Assembly (NCBI GenBank): GCA_963716175.1
Contig: OY970296.1
Location: 3,552,001 to 3,616,000, forward strand
Source of the DNA: an uncultured Armatimonadetes bacterium
GTDB taxonomy: Bacteria > Armatimonadota > Hebobacteria > Hebobacterales > Hebobacteraceae
Direction of reading: 5' to 3'
DNA length: 64,000 nt
Shown piece by piece: positions 49,278 to 59,672 of the stretch. The notes beneath the pieces are model-generated. The model was not told the origin of the DNA and made no database searches. It saw only the letters and a list, made by a program, of their open reading frames with translations. The position numbers and the translations under genes were made by a program. Position 1 is the first letter of the stretch, and every line of letters begins with the position of its first letter.

Positions 49278-51416
49278 TCAGCGCCGCGGCCGCAGAATCT
49301 GCCGGGCGCCGCGACGAAGCAGACCAGGACGCCTGGCTGGCGTCTCCGCCGGCACCTTCACCTGAGCAGACGACACTTCCGCGGCGGGAGGTGGCGCCTG
49401 CGCTTTCCCCACCGGCTCGGGCTCGCGCGCCGCTGCCTCACCGGCCGCCGGCGACTCGCCCGCTGGTTGCCGACGGGTGCGGCGACCCCCGCGACGGCGG
49501 CTACCAGGTTTCTTGCGGGTGGGCGCCGCTTCTGGTGCGCCCACCGCGGTTGCGACGCTCTCGCGCAGCGGAGGAGCGGCGGCCGCAGGCGCAGGCTCTC
49601 TTCCGGTTCGGCCCGCGCCGGTGTGAGGAGCAAGCTCCGCCGGGGCCGCTTGCTGAGCGGGCCGCTTTCCTCGCGAACGCCGGCGGGAGCTGCGGCGAGG
49701 AGGACCCTCCTTGGCCGGCGCTGCTGCTGCTTCCGTACCTTTCACCCGCCCGCGCCCGAAGGAGTGGCCGGCCTCGGCCAGCACCACAGTGGGGGCCTCG
49801 CCGGCCGCGACTGCGCCCTGCATCTCAACTCGATAGCCGTCACACCAGCCGTAGGCCTCTTCTCCGGCCGCCGGTTCCCGGGGATCCATACGATCCACCA
49901 CCACCTCGTCGCTCTTGTGATAGAGCTTCAGCTCGTGCGCGACGCGGGCCAGGGTAGTGGTCGTGATGTCATGCTCCTCGGCTGGCAGGCGCTCGTCAGC
50001 TCTGATGTAAACCGGCCTGGCGGTCATGTTCTCCAGGGCGTCGGCGCGCTCCCCGTTATCCCCGATCAGCAGGGCAGCCACCCGGGGCGACGCGCGCACG
50101 ATGATCGCCTGAGCTCTGTCCTCGGCCGCCAGACGGCGCACGTCGCGCTCGATCTTGAGCCCCACGGTGAGGCTGTCACGGACTCGCCCCAGCCCCCCGC
50201 ATTGGGGGCAGGTATCGGTGAGAATGCCCATCAGGCTTTCGCCTCGCCGCTTTCTGGTCATCTCCAGCAGCCCCAGCGGGCTGAGGTGGACGATCTTCGT
50301 CTTCTGGCGGTCCCGCCTCAGGGTCTCCTCAAACTCCTTCATCACCCGCTGGCGGTCGCGCTGCCGTTCCATGTCTATGAAGTCAATGACGATGATCCCG
50401 CCCAGATCCCGCAGCCTGAGCTGGCGGCCGATCTCCTCCGCGGCCTCCAGGTTCGTGCGCAAGATGGTATCAGCCAAGCCGCTGCCACCGGTGTAACGAC
50501 CGGTGTTGACATCAATGGCCGTGAAGGCCTCGGCCTGGTCAATGCTGATGTAGCCCCCGGCCTTGAGCCAGACCCGGCGGCGAAGCAGCCGGTCAATCTC
50601 GGCCTCGATGCCATACTTGTGGAAGAGGGGAAGTTTCCCCCGGTAGCGTTTGACCCGCCGGCGCAAGTGAGGGGCGATGGTCTGGACCAGTTCGACCGCG
50701 TTATCGTAGGCGCTCTTGGAGTCAATCACCAGGCTTTTCACGTCATCAGTGAAGACATCCCGGATCACCTGGTAGGTCAGGGTCAAGTCCTGGTGGAGCA
50801 GGGCGGGGGCCCTGGTCTGCTCCGCCTTGCTGGTGATTCGGCCCCGGAGATCCTGCAGCACTTCCAGATCGGCCTCCAGCTCGCGTCTGCCCCGGCCCTC
50901 GGCCTCGGTGCGGATGATCAGGCCCATGCCCTGGGGCCGGACCTTCTCCCCGATCTTGCGCAGCCGCTCTCTCTCCTTGCGCTCCTCGATCTTGCGCGAC
51001 ACCCCCACCTGGCGCCCGTTGGATAGCAGGAGCACGAGGTAGCGGCCCGGCAGGGCGAGACGCGTACTCGCCCGCGCTCCCTTGCCTCCGACCGGGGCGC
51101 GCACGATCTGCACCACCACCTCCTGGCTCTCCCTCACTCGCTCGGAGATGGAGAGGGAGCGAGGAGCGGCCTTGGCCGGAATGCCGTCGGCGCTGACGAA
51201 CCCCACATCATCGGCGGATAGGAATACGTTCTTCTCCAATCCGATGTCGGCAAAGGCCGCATCCATCCCTGGGAGCACGCTCACCACCCGGGCCTTGTAG
51301 ATGCTCCCCACCATCCGGAGCTCTCGCTCCACGTGCAGTTCGGCCAACTGGCCGTCTTCCAACACCGCTACTCGCGATTCCAGATCGTCTGCGTTGACGA
51401 TGATCTCTTTTCTCAT
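49278..51416 (-). CDS. rne: Ribonuclease E/G family with an Arg/Pro-rich C-terminal tail
   Basis: GSIYKARV..VLPGMDAAF.DIG, IDVNTG, QLRLRDLGGIIVIDFIDM, GLLEMTRKR, CPQCGG.G. Confidence 0.95.
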   Translation of the reverse strand: MRKEIIVNADDLESRVAVLEDGQLAELHVERELRMVGSIYKARVVSVLPGMDAAFADIGLEKNVFLSADDVGFVSADGIPAKAAPRSLSISERVRESQEVVVQIVRAPVGGKGARASTRLALPGRYLVLLLSNGRQVGVSRKIEERKERERLRKIGEKVRPQGMGLIIRTEAEGRGRRELEADLEVLQDLRGRITSKAEQTRAPALLHQDLTLTYQVIRDVFTDDVKSLVIDSKSAYDNAVELVQTIAPHLRRRVKRYRGKLPLFHKYGIEAEIDRLLRRRVWLKAGGYISIDQAEAFTAIDVNTGRYTGGSGLADTILRTNLEAAEEIGRQLRLRDLGGIIVIDFIDMERQRDRQRVMKEFEETLRRDRQKTKIVHLSPLGLLEMTRKRRGESLMGILTDTCPQCGGLGRVRDSLTVGLKIERDVRRLAAEDRAQAIIVRASPRVAALLIGDNGERADALENMTARPVYIRADERLPAEEHDITTTTLARVAHELKLYHKSDEVVVDRMDPREPAAGEEAYGWCDGYRVEMQGAVAAGEAPTVVLAEAGHSFGRGRVKGTEAAAAPAKEGPPRRSSRRRSRGKRPAQQAAPAELAPHTGAGRTGREPAPAAAAPPLRESVATAVGAPEAAPTRKKPGSRRRGGRRTRRQPAGESPAAGEAAAREPEPVGKAQAPPPAAEVSSAQVKVPAETPARRPGLLRRGARQILRPRR

Positions 51417-51546
51417 GCTGCGCCTCTCGCCGCACCCTTCGCGCGGGCTTCCTTGCAGTCCCCGCGGCAGCGGTGCAGAACGCCTATTCTGTGCTCCCCA
51501 CGGCCCGTGACTGGCATCTCTCGTGGTTCGTCACCATGCGTGCTCA

Positions 51547-52272
51547 TCACCTTCTTTGTCCCCTGCGCCCTGTCTGGCCCCACCGCGGCCTCGCCCTGGC
51601 GCGCGGCTGGTCAGCCGCTTGACCGCTCGCATAGAGGCCAACCCTATGATAGCTAGTCTGGATATCGCCCGACTCCAGACCGAGCAACTGCACTATCTCC
51701 TGAGGCCGCGCGCCTCCGTGGCTGCCCGTGCGCAGCCGCATCCGCAGCTCGATCTCGTCGCCATCGCCTGCGGCCACGTCCAGGCTGAGGGTCAAGGGCC
51801 GCAGGTCCACGGAGCGCTCTGGCCGATCCCCCCCGCGCTGCACCACCAGTTCCCGGCTGGCCAACAGCTCGGCGATCCGCGATCTGACCTGCTCCGGCCC
51901 GGAGCCGCCACGGACGGTGACCCGATACTCGGCCAGCTCGATGTCACCGAAGGTCTCCTTTTTCCTATACCCTGGCAGAAGCCAGGCTTCCATCACCTGC
52001 AGCCCGCGCGGGAGCTGGCTGTTCAAGCGTTCCTTGACCACATCCGGAGAGAGCGCGGTATCGAGGTGGACGGCCAGCAGCTCGGCCTCCCCCGTCACGC
52101 CCACCGGAAGCGGTGGACCCAGGCTGAGCTTGGGATGGGGGTTGTGTCCTTGCGTGAGGGCGAGCGGGAGCTGGGCGCGGCGCATCGCGCGCTCCAGGGT
52201 GCGCTTGACATCGAGGTGGGATATCCACCTCGCCTCCTCCCCTTTTCGGTAGCGGCAGATGAGCTGGGCCAC
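51547..52272 (-). CDS. TIGR03936/DUF2344 radical-SAM-associated protein
   Basis: WISHLD..RAMRRAQLP..TQGHNPHPKLS..PLPVG. Confidence 0.92.
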   Translation of the reverse strand: MAQLICRYRKGEEARWISHLDVKRTLERAMRRAQLPLALTQGHNPHPKLSLGPPLPVGVTGEAELLAVHLDTALSPDVVKERLNSQLPRGLQVMEAWLLPGYRKKETFGDIELAEYRVTVRGGSGPEQVRSRIAELLASRELVVQRGGDRPERSVDLRPLTLSLDVAAGDGDEIELRMRLRTGSHGGARPQEIVQLLGLESGDIQTSYHRVGLYASGQAADQPRARARPRWGQTGRRGQRR

Positions 52273-52273
52273 G

Positions 52274-54019
52274 CTAGCTAGCTCCCAGGCCTAGCGCTGT
52301 CTCTGCTTCCTGCCGGAGGCGCTCTTTCTCCGACCCGCAGTCAATGTGATCCCAGGGCAAGGGGTCGTCGAAATCGAGCGCGTGGTTCGCGAAATCTCGT
52401 AGCTCGATTCCAGCCTGGCGGAATGCCTGCTGCCAGCGCCCGAAGTCGAAGTGCTCTCCCCAGGCGTCGAACCTTGCCCCCAGCCGCCAGGCGCCCTCGA
52501 TGGCCTGCCCCACGCGCCGATCCCCCCTGGAGACAGCCGCCTCCAGCGCGCTGACTGCGGGTTCAGTCCAGGAGAGCTTGACCGCGCGGTCACGCAAACC
52601 CTCTTGCAGGATCTTGTGCTTGCGCGCCAGCACTTCGATCTCGTCCTGGGCCATCCACTGAAAGGGGGTGTGCGGCTTGGGGACGAAGGCCGCGACACTC
52701 ACCCCGAGCTGGAGCCGGCCCCGCCGGCTGCCCAGCGCGCCCCGGCCAAAGGCCACCAGCCGATTCACGAGGTCGGCGATGGCGGCCACATCTTCGTCCC
52801 TCTCCGTTGGCAGGCCGATCATGAAGTAGAGCTTCAAGCGATGCCAGCCGGAAGAGAACGCGGCATCGGCGGCGGCGAAGAGATCGTCCTCGCTCAACCG
52901 CTTGCGGATCACTTCGCGCAGCCGCTGGGTTCCGGTCTCGGGGGCGAAAGTGAGCCCGCTCTTGCGCACCCGCTGGATCTGATTGGCGAGAGAGACTGAG
53001 AAGGCGTCCGCCCGCAGCGAAGGCAGGGCCACACCGACCCCCCGATCGCCGAAGCGCTCGACCAGCCGCTCCACCAGTTCCTCAATGCCGGCGTAGTCCA
53101 CACTGGTGAAGGCGAGCAAGGAGATCTCGTCATAGCCGGTGGCGGCCACCGCCTCCTCGGCCTGGCGGAGAAGGGTTTCCAGAGTGCGCTGCCGGCGCGG
53201 GCTGTAGGCGGCCTGGGCCTGACAGAACCGGCAGCCGCGGGCGCAGCCGCGCATGATCTCCAGGGTGACGCGGGAGTGAACGGTTTCGACGAAGGGAACG
53301 ATCTGTCCGACCGGAAACGGCGCCTGGTCCAGGTCGGCCACGAAGCGGCGAGGGATGTGTGCGGGCGCGCCGTCCTGAGGCGTCACCGTCCCACGCGGCC
53401 CCGGGCCGCCGGGCGTGTAGTCATACCGGGAGGGCAGGTAGAGGCCGGGAATCCCGGCGAGCTTGCCCAGCGCGGCCGCGCGGTCTCGGCCCGCGACCGC
53501 CTCCGCGATCTCGAGGATAGCGTCCTCACCTTCACCGATCAGGATGGCATCGAAGAAGTCGGCGACCGGCTCTGGGTTCACCGCGCCGGGGCCGCCTGCG
53601 ATCACCAGTGGATCGCCCTCGCCGCGCTGGTCGGCGCGCACCGGGATGCCGCCGAGATCGAGCATATTGAGGATGTTGGTATAGGTCAGCTCATAGGGCA
53701 GGGTGATGCCGACGACATCGAAGTCCCGCAGCGGAGTTCGGGATTCCAGGCTGAACAGTGGAAGGCGGTGAGACCGGAGCTGCTCCTCCATATCGGGCCA
53801 GGGGGCGAAGCAGCGTTCCGCGAGGTAGTCAGGATGAGCGTTGAGGATATGGTAGAGGATCTGGAGCCCGAGGTGCGACATCCCCACTTCATAGATATCG
53901 GGGTAAAGCAGTGCAACGCGCACACGAGCAGACGCGCGATCTTTGTGGATCGCGTTCCATTCCCCATCAGTGTAACGCGCGGGCTTGGTGACCCGCGGCA
54001 ACATCATCTCCAAATCCAA
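52274..54019 (-). CDS. TIGR03960-family B12-binding radical SAM protein
   Basis: KPARY..GEWN, YPDIYEVGMSHLG, MRGCARGCRFC, TFAPETGTQRLR, FVPKPHTPFQW, LPWDHID; start TTG 54019 after RBS GGAGG. Confidence 0.93.
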   Translation of the reverse strand: MDLEMMLPRVTKPARYTDGEWNAIHKDRASARVRVALLYPDIYEVGMSHLGLQILYHILNAHPDYLAERCFAPWPDMEEQLRSHRLPLFSLESRTPLRDFDVVGITLPYELTYTNILNMLDLGGIPVRADQRGEGDPLVIAGGPGAVNPEPVADFFDAILIGEGEDAILEIAEAVAGRDRAAALGKLAGIPGLYLPSRYDYTPGGPGPRGTVTPQDGAPAHIPRRFVADLDQAPFPVGQIVPFVETVHSRVTLEIMRGCARGCRFCQAQAAYSPRRQRTLETLLRQAEEAVAATGYDEISLLAFTSVDYAGIEELVERLVERFGDRGVGVALPSLRADAFSVSLANQIQRVRKSGLTFAPETGTQRLREVIRKRLSEDDLFAAADAAFSSGWHRLKLYFMIGLPTERDEDVAAIADLVNRLVAFGRGALGSRRGRLQLGVSVAAFVPKPHTPFQWMAQDEIEVLARKHKILQEGLRDRAVKLSWTEPAVSALEAAVSRGDRRVGQAIEGAWRLGARFDAWGEHFDFGRWQQAFRQAGIELRDFANHALDFDDPLPWDHIDCGSEKERLRQEAETALGLGAS

Positions 54020-54140
54020 ACCTTTGCCTCCACCCACATCCCCACGCGACGATACCCCTGGTGACACAGAAGCCCGGAGGGAGGCCCCTCCTGCTTCGGT
54101 CTTGCCCCTCGCCCCAACCTCGCCGCTGCCTTCCCCCGCG

Positions 54141-54890
54141 CTAGGCCGCGAGCGCCTCCATGATGCGATCCGGGATATCGAAGTTGGCGTAGACCTGCTG
54201 CACGTCCTCCAGGTCTTCCAGGGCGTCAATCAGGCGCAGCACCTGTTGGGCCTGCTTCTCCGCGAGGGTCACCCGGGTCTGTGGCACCATAGTCACTTCC
54301 GCGCTCTCGTAGGCGATCCCCTTCGCCTCCAGCACTTTCTTCACCGCCTCCAGCTCCCCCGGGGCGGTGCGAATCTCGTAGCAGGAGTCATCACTCTGCA
54401 TATCCTCGGCCCCGGCCTCCAGGGCCACCTCCAGCACCTGGTCCTCGGCCGCGCCCTCCCGGGGCACGATGATCACACCGTGCTGGTGGAAGAGCCAGGC
54501 CACCGCGTTCGACTCCGCCAGGTTGCCGCCGTTGCGCGCGAAGATGCTGCGCAGCTCCCCCACCGTCCGGTTGCGGTTGTCGGTGAGCACCTGGGCCATC
54601 ACCGCCACTCCGCCCGGCGCGTAGCCTTCATAGGTCATGGACTCGAACTGAACGCCCTCGATCTCACCGGTGCCGCGCTGGATGGCGCGCTTGACGTTGT
54701 CCTGGGGCATGCCGGCCGTGCGCGCCTTGTCCATTGCGATCCGCAACCGCACATTGGTCCCCGGGTCGCCCCCGGCTTCCCGCGCCGCGGCCATGATCTC
54801 ACGGGAGATCTTGGCGAAGACCTTGCTCTTCTTCTGATCCTGGGCCTGCTTGCGCAGCTTGATATTATGCCATTTGGAGTGTCCAGACAT
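54141..54890 (-). CDS. yebC: YebC/PmpR family protein
   Basis: MSGHSKWHNIK, YEGYAPGG, TDNRNRT, DVQQVYAN. Confidence 0.97.
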   Translation of the reverse strand: MSGHSKWHNIKLRKQAQDQKKSKVFAKISREIMAAAREAGGDPGTNVRLRIAMDKARTAGMPQDNVKRAIQRGTGEIEGVQFESMTYEGYAPGGVAVMAQVLTDNRNRTVGELRSIFARNGGNLAESNAVAWLFHQHGVIIVPREGAAEDQVLEVALEAGAEDMQSDDSCYEIRTAPGELEAVKKVLEAKGIAYESAEVTMVPQTRVTLAEKQAQQVLRLIDALEDLEDVQQVYANFDIPDRIMEALAA

Positions 54891-54921
54891 GGGGTGCCGC
54901 CCTCCGGGCCCTGCCGAGAGG

Positions 54922-54950
54922 ATTCTACTCGATTACAGCACGCGTGACAA
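54922..54950 (-). promoter_or_regulatory. sigma70 promoter of the yebC operon
   Basis: Minus strand TTGTCA-N17-TAGAAT. Confidence 0.65.
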
Positions 54951-55061
54951 GGGCTACGCGGTTCCCGGGGTGCCCCCGGCTCTCTGACCTGCCTCCTCCT
55001 GTCATCCTGAGTCCGTCGCAGGCGGACTGTCCCATCCCCACCTGGCCTAGAGCCCGCGCCC

Positions 55062-55397
55062 TCACGCCCGTATCATCACCAGCAGCATCTTGAACCGGGT
55101 CACGGCCCGCAGGGCGTGGGGTTGGTTGGCGGGCATGATGATGAACTCGCCCTGGCGCACAGCCTGCGGCTGGCCGGAGATGGTGACTTCGGCCTCGCCC
55201 TCTGCCACCAGCACCAGCGCGTCATAGGGCGCGGTGTGCTCGCTCAGGCCCGAGCCCTGGTCGAAGGCGAACAGGGTCACGCTGCCAACCGGCTTGTCTA
55301 TGATCGTCCTGCTGACAACCGAGCCAGCTTGGTAAGCAACCAGGCCGGAGAGATCGAAGGGCTTCCCGATGAGGTCGTTCTCAACCATATCTGCCAC
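55062..55397 (-). CDS. Cupin-domain protein
   Basis: VTLFAFDQG..LSEHTAPYDA..EGEA..MPANQPHAL.A..FKMLL. Confidence 0.92.
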   Translation of the reverse strand: MADMVENDLIGKPFDLSGLVAYQAGSVVSRTIIDKPVGSVTLFAFDQGSGLSEHTAPYDALVLVAEGEAEVTISGQPQAVRQGEFIIMPANQPHALRAVTRFKMLLVMIRA

Positions 55398-55421
55398 GCA
55401 CCCTCCTCTCTTGGATCAGAC

Positions 55422-55447
55422 GGCGGGGTCGGGAGACCCCGCCCTAC
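55422..55447 (-). repeat. REP-like palindrome (GTAG class) overlapping the copA stop
   Basis: Minus strand GTAG-GGCGGGGTC-tccc-GACCCCGCC. Confidence 0.7.
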
Positions 55448-57657
55448 AGAGCCGCAGCGGGCCGGTAGCGCCGCAGCCGCAGCGCGTTCGTCACCACCGA
55501 TACTGACGAGAATGCCATGGCGGCGGCGGCGATGGCGGGATTGAGCAGCACGTGCAGGAAGGGATAGAGGACACCGGCCGCAATCGGGATGCCGATGAGG
55601 TTGTAGAAGAAGGCCCAGAACAGGTTCTGGCGGATGTTGTGGAGCACGGCGCGGCTCAGTTGGATGGTCTCGGGCACCAGGCGGAGGTCATCCCGGACCA
55701 GGGTGATTTGCGCCGCCTCCATGGCGACATCCGTTCCCCGCCCGATGGCGATTCCCAGGTCGGCCTGGGCCAGCGCGGGCGCATCGTTGATCCCGTCGCC
55801 CACCATCGCCACTCGCTTCCCCTCCGTTTGCAGGGCCTTGATCACTTCGGCCTTCTTGTCCGGGAGCACCTCGGCCCGCACGTCATCAATCCCCACCGCG
55901 CTCGCCACCGCCCGGCCGGTGCGCAAGTTATCGCCTGTGATCATGATCATATCCAGGCCCATCTGCCGCAGGCGCTTGACCGCATTAGCCGCCTCTGACT
56001 TCGCCAGATCGGCGAGCGCGATCACGCCGACCGCTTCGCCGTCGAAGCCGATGAGCAGCCCTGTTTTGCCCTGACTCTCGAGCTTGGCGGCGGCCTCCGC
56101 CACTGGCCCCATGCTGATAGAGGCGCCCTCCATCAGCCGGACCGTCCCCACGTAGGCCGGTTTCCCACCGAGGCGCCCGCGAACGCCCTGACCCGGGACC
56201 GCCTCGAAGTCCTCTGCGCTCTGTAGGTCCAGCCCACGCTCATGAGCGACGCGAACCACCGCCTGACCCAGGGGATGCTCCGAGTTCTGCTCGAGCGAGG
56301 CCGCCAGCCGCAGCACCCCCTCTTCCGTCCATCCCGAAGCGGCGACGATGTCGGTCACCTCCGGCTCGCCCTGGGTGAGAGTGCCGGTCTTGTCGAAGAC
56401 CAATGTGCGCACATTCCCGGCGGTCTCGAGCGCGGCCGCGGTGCGCACCAGAATGCCCAGCTCGGCCGCGCGACCCGTTCCGACCAGCAGCGAGGTCGGA
56501 GTGGCCAGGCCCATGGCGCAGGGACAGGCGATGATGAGCACCGCCACCGCGGCCGTGATCGCACTCGTCAGATTCGGGCCGAAGACAAGCCAGATGGCCA
56601 CCGTGATCGCAGCCAGGGCAATGACGATGGGGACGAACACCCCCGCCACCCGGTCGGCAAGGCGCTGGATAGGTGCCTTGGAGCCCTGCGCCTCCCGGAC
56701 CAGCCGGATGATGCGAGCCAGCACGGTGTCGCTGCCCACACCCGTGGCGCGAAAGCGGAAGCCGCCGGTCCGGTTCACCGTCCCGCCAATCACGAAATCA
56801 TCCGCCGCCTTCTCCACCGGCATGCTCTCGCCGGTGACCATGCTCTCGTCCACCGCGGAATGACCTTCCGCGATGACCCCGTCCACCGGGATGCGCTCGC
56901 CTGGCCGCACCAGCACCGCGTCGCCAATCACAACTTGCTCGATCGGGATCTCCGCTTCTTCGCCGTCGCGCATCACCCGCGCGGTTTTCGCGCGCAGGCC
57001 GGCGAGACGACGGATCGCCTCCGAGGCGCGCCCCTTGGCGGTCGCCTCCAGGGTGCGGCCCAGCAGGATGAGCGCGATGATCATGGTCGCGGTGTCGTAG
57101 TACAGCTCCGGCCTGGCGCCAGTGCCGGCGAACGGACCAGGCACCAGCGTAACTGCCAGGCTGTAGCCATAGGCTGCGGAGGTGCCCACGGCGATGAGAG
57201 TGTTCATGTCCGCAGAGCGATTCCGGAGCGCGGCCCAAGCCCCCTGGTAGAACTGCCACCCGGCCCAGAACTGGACCGGCGTGGCCAAGGCCAACAGCAC
57301 CCAGTCAGCGGCCCGCACGGGCAGCAGGCGGAAGCCGTGGATTACCAGGATCAGGATGGTGGCAATGACGGAGAAAACCAGTCGCCTGGTGAGGCTGCGC
57401 AGCTCGCGCGCATGGGCGGCCCGGTCAGCGTCTTCCCCCTCCTCCCTCATCGCCCGGTAGCCAGCGGATTCGACGCTGTGGATCAGGTCCTCGACGTTCA
57501 GGAGCCCATCGTCGAAGATGACGGTGGCCTCTTCTGTGGCCAGGTTAACCGCGGCCTGCCTGACCCCTTGCGTCCGGGTGAGGCTGCGCTCCACCGTGGA
57601 CACGCAAGCGGCGCAGTGCATGCCCATGATCTTCAGATCCACCCGCTTGGCTGCCAT
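55444..57657 (-). CDS. copA: Copper-translocating P1B-type ATPase
   Basis: GMHCAAC metal-binding domain, [29 protein letters not shown]. Confidence 0.95.
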   Translation of the reverse strand: MAAKRVDLKIMGMHCAACVSTVERSLTRTQGVRQAAVNLATEEATVIFDDGLLNVEDLIHSVESAGYRAMREEGEDADRAAHARELRSLTRRLVFSVIATILILVIHGFRLLPVRAADWVLLALATPVQFWAGWQFYQGAWAALRNRSADMNTLIAVGTSAAYGYSLAVTLVPGPFAGTGARPELYYDTATMIIALILLGRTLEATAKGRASEAIRRLAGLRAKTARVMRDGEEAEIPIEQVVIGDAVLVRPGERIPVDGVIAEGHSAVDESMVTGESMPVEKAADDFVIGGTVNRTGGFRFRATGVGSDTVLARIIRLVREAQGSKAPIQRLADRVAGVFVPIVIALAAITVAIWLVFGPNLTSAITAAVAVLIIACPCAMGLATPTSLLVGTGRAAELGILVRTAAALETAGNVRTLVFDKTGTLTQGEPEVTDIVAASGWTEEGVLRLAASLEQNSEHPLGQAVVRVAHERGLDLQSAEDFEAVPGQGVRGRLGGKPAYVGTVRLMEGASISMGPVAEAAAKLESQGKTGLLIGFDGEAVGVIALADLAKSEAANAVKRLRQMGLDMIMITGDNLRTGRAVASAVGIDDVRAEVLPDKKAEVIKALQTEGKRVAMVGDGINDAPALAQADLGIAIGRGTDVAMEAAQITLVRDDLRLVPETIQLSRAVLHNIRQNLFWAFFYNLIGIPIAAGVLYPFLHVLLNPAIAAAAMAFSSVSVVTNALRLRRYRPAAAL

Positions 57658-57732
57658 GGCACCTGGATTCTACCCGAAAGGCGTTTGTGTGTGTTCACCT
57701 CCATGAGTTTGTGGCGCACCAGCATGACAATA

Positions 57733-57777
57733 GGGCAGGAGGCAAGTCGCCAGAGGCGACTCAAGCTCCTGCCCAAC
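57733..57777 (-). repeat. 45-bp imperfect palindrome, copy 2
   Basis: Reverse complement is 43/45 identical to 11223-11267. Confidence 0.85.
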
Positions 57778-57786
57778 TGAACGGCC

Positions 57787-57817
57787 GGCGGGGATGCCTT
57801 CGGCATGCCCGCCCTAC
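57787..57817 (-). repeat. REP-like palindrome (GTAG class)
   Basis: Minus strand GTAG-GGCGGGCATGCC-gaa-GGCATCCCCGCC. Confidence 0.7.
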
Positions 57818-57824
57818 AGACGGC

Positions 57825-59252
57825 CTACTCAGCGCAGCGGATGGGGAGGTCGTAGGGCCCGTCCTCCAAGGACTTGGCAGCGCGATCCCAGGGCTTCCCG
57901 CCATCGTCCTTCAGGTTCGGGCCTATGCTGTAGACGATGAAGCCTGCCCCTTCGCGGCGGTAGTGATAGGTCTTGCCGCCGAAGGGATCATTGGGGAGCC
58001 TGAAGCCGGCCTGTTCCAGTGCAGCGAGGGAATCGGGATAGCCGCCGCGGTCGGAACGGTGGGTCTTCAGAGCGAGAGCGATCTGGGCATCGCCGAGCGA
58101 GGCGGTCGCCCTGTCCCGGCTCAAGACGGCGCGGGAGAAGACGGGCGTGATCATCTTCGTCAGGATGCTGCCGTAGGTTGGAAGCCGTTTCATGCCGTTC
58201 TCCATGTCCTCAATCGCCCGCTTCGACTGTGGCCAGGGGAGGCCAAAGGCATCCAGGTTCTTCTTCATAGCCCGAAGATAGGCCAGCTCGTCCAGATAGG
58301 CGATGGGGCGTCCCACGCTCCCATAGCTGCGGAGGGCAAGTACCGGCCAGCGGCTCCCGCTCTGCCCGGCCGCCTCTGCCAAGTCCCTCATATCCCCGTC
58401 AGACCTACGCCGCAGCAAAGACTCGAAAGTGGCCAGGCCGCAGAGAGCGACCTCACCTTTCATCGCGCGGATTGACGGCGCTATCTGGTCAATGGCGGCG
58501 ATCTGGTCGAACAACCTCTGGCAAGCCTGAGGTGATGGTGTGCCGGCGGACAGGGCACGTTCTAGGGACTGGAGTGCGATACCCTGCAGCGCGTAGGCGA
58601 CGAGCTGGCTGATCAGGCTTGGCTCCATCTTGGCGTGCTGCGCCATCCCCAGCATCGCCCCACAATCGGCGAGGGCCTGGTCCGGGTGATCGTCGTGCAC
58701 CGCCAACCCGTTCCGCGCCTGCAGCATTCTAGCGGCCTGGCGCAGCTTCGCGAGATGAGCAAACGAGATCGCCCAGGGCCAGCCATGCCAGTTGACGGGA
58801 AAGGCGCAGTGCGGAGTGCGAGCCGCCCCCTCCAGCAGCCGGTAGTACTCAGCATTGGCGGCGATCACGCGCCGCGCCAGGGCCAAGCGCTTCGCGTCCC
58901 ACTGGTCGAACGGATTCTCGAATAGCTCATCCTCATCTTCCTTCGACAGCCGGAGGGCGTCGAAAGCCTTCTGATAGAGGTCGGCCGCGTTCTTCTCGCC
59001 GGCTGGCACGCGCGGGATGAGATCGTCAATAGGGACGATGTAGCCGGCGGCCTTCTGTCGCGCGATCTCCCTGGCCAGCATGCGGCCGGTGATGAGGGTA
59101 GCGGTGAGGTGCACTACCAGCAGCGCCAGCACGACGTAGGCTAAAGCCCGGGCCCGTCTTCTCACTCCGCGCCCGAACCATCTCGCTGCACGCCACAGCG
59201 CGCGCAGGACACTACGCGGCGCGAATCTCACCGTGGGAAAGAACTCGCTCAT
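57825..59252 (-). CDS. Membrane-anchored hypothetical protein with a GspG/pseudopilin-like C-terminal motif
   Basis: TM helix; C-terminal GYPDSL..LPNDPFGG..YHY..FIVYSIGPNLKDDGG. Confidence 0.78.
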   Translation of the reverse strand: MSEFFPTVRFAPRSVLRALWRAARWFGRGVRRRARALAYVVLALLVVHLTATLITGRMLAREIARQKAAGYIVPIDDLIPRVPAGEKNAADLYQKAFDALRLSKEDEDELFENPFDQWDAKRLALARRVIAANAEYYRLLEGAARTPHCAFPVNWHGWPWAISFAHLAKLRQAARMLQARNGLAVHDDHPDQALADCGAMLGMAQHAKMEPSLISQLVAYALQGIALQSLERALSAGTPSPQACQRLFDQIAAIDQIAPSIRAMKGEVALCGLATFESLLRRRSDGDMRDLAEAAGQSGSRWPVLALRSYGSVGRPIAYLDELAYLRAMKKNLDAFGLPWPQSKRAIEDMENGMKRLPTYGSILTKMITPVFSRAVLSRDRATASLGDAQIALALKTHRSDRGGYPDSLAALEQAGFRLPNDPFGGKTYHYRREGAGFIVYSIGPNLKDDGGKPWDRAAKSLEDGPYDLPIRCAE

Positions 59253-59255
59253 GGA

Positions 59256-59672
59256 TCAACCTCCGTCCGACTGTTCCAGCATCCGCTGCCGCAGCTCGAA
59301 GTATGTTTCTCTTTGAGTGCTGGGATGGCGCATGGCCAGTCGCAGGCGGTTCCGTAGGGCGGGCACGCCCATGTCCGCCAGCCACAGCTCGTCCTCCGAC
59401 TGCTCCTGGGCGATGGCGGCCGGTGGCGCGGTTCGCGGCAGGGTCAGACCGGCATCCTGGCAGCGCATAACGAGCGCATCCGCCACCAGCAGGAGCACGA
59501 CCGCGGCCAGCAGACAGGCAGGACGCAACGCCCACGCGCGGCGCGTTCGGGAAAGCGGCCGGTGCGACAGGATGCGCTCTCGCAGCCCCGGACCCGGCTC
59601 CCGCCGCGGCAACTGGCGGATCAGGGTCTCCAGTTGGTCGTCAGTCAGTCCCTGGTAAGCACGCCTGTTCAT
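59256..59672 (-). CDS. Putative anti-sigma factor (single TM)
   Basis: LETLIRQLPRREPGPGLRERIL followed by a TM helix; overlaps the sigma stop. Confidence 0.65.
   Translation of the reverse strand: MNRRAYQGLTDDQLETLIRQLPRREPGPGLRERILSHRPLSRTRRAWALRPACLLAAVVLLLVADALVMRCQDAGLTLPRTAPPAAIAQEQSEDELWLADMGVPALRNRLRLAMRHPSTQRETYFELRQRMLEQSDGG

Noticed and set aside
54020-54229. N-terminal extension of the TIGR03960 protein in the ORF track
   Set aside because: Overlaps yebC; a better RBS and start exist at 54019
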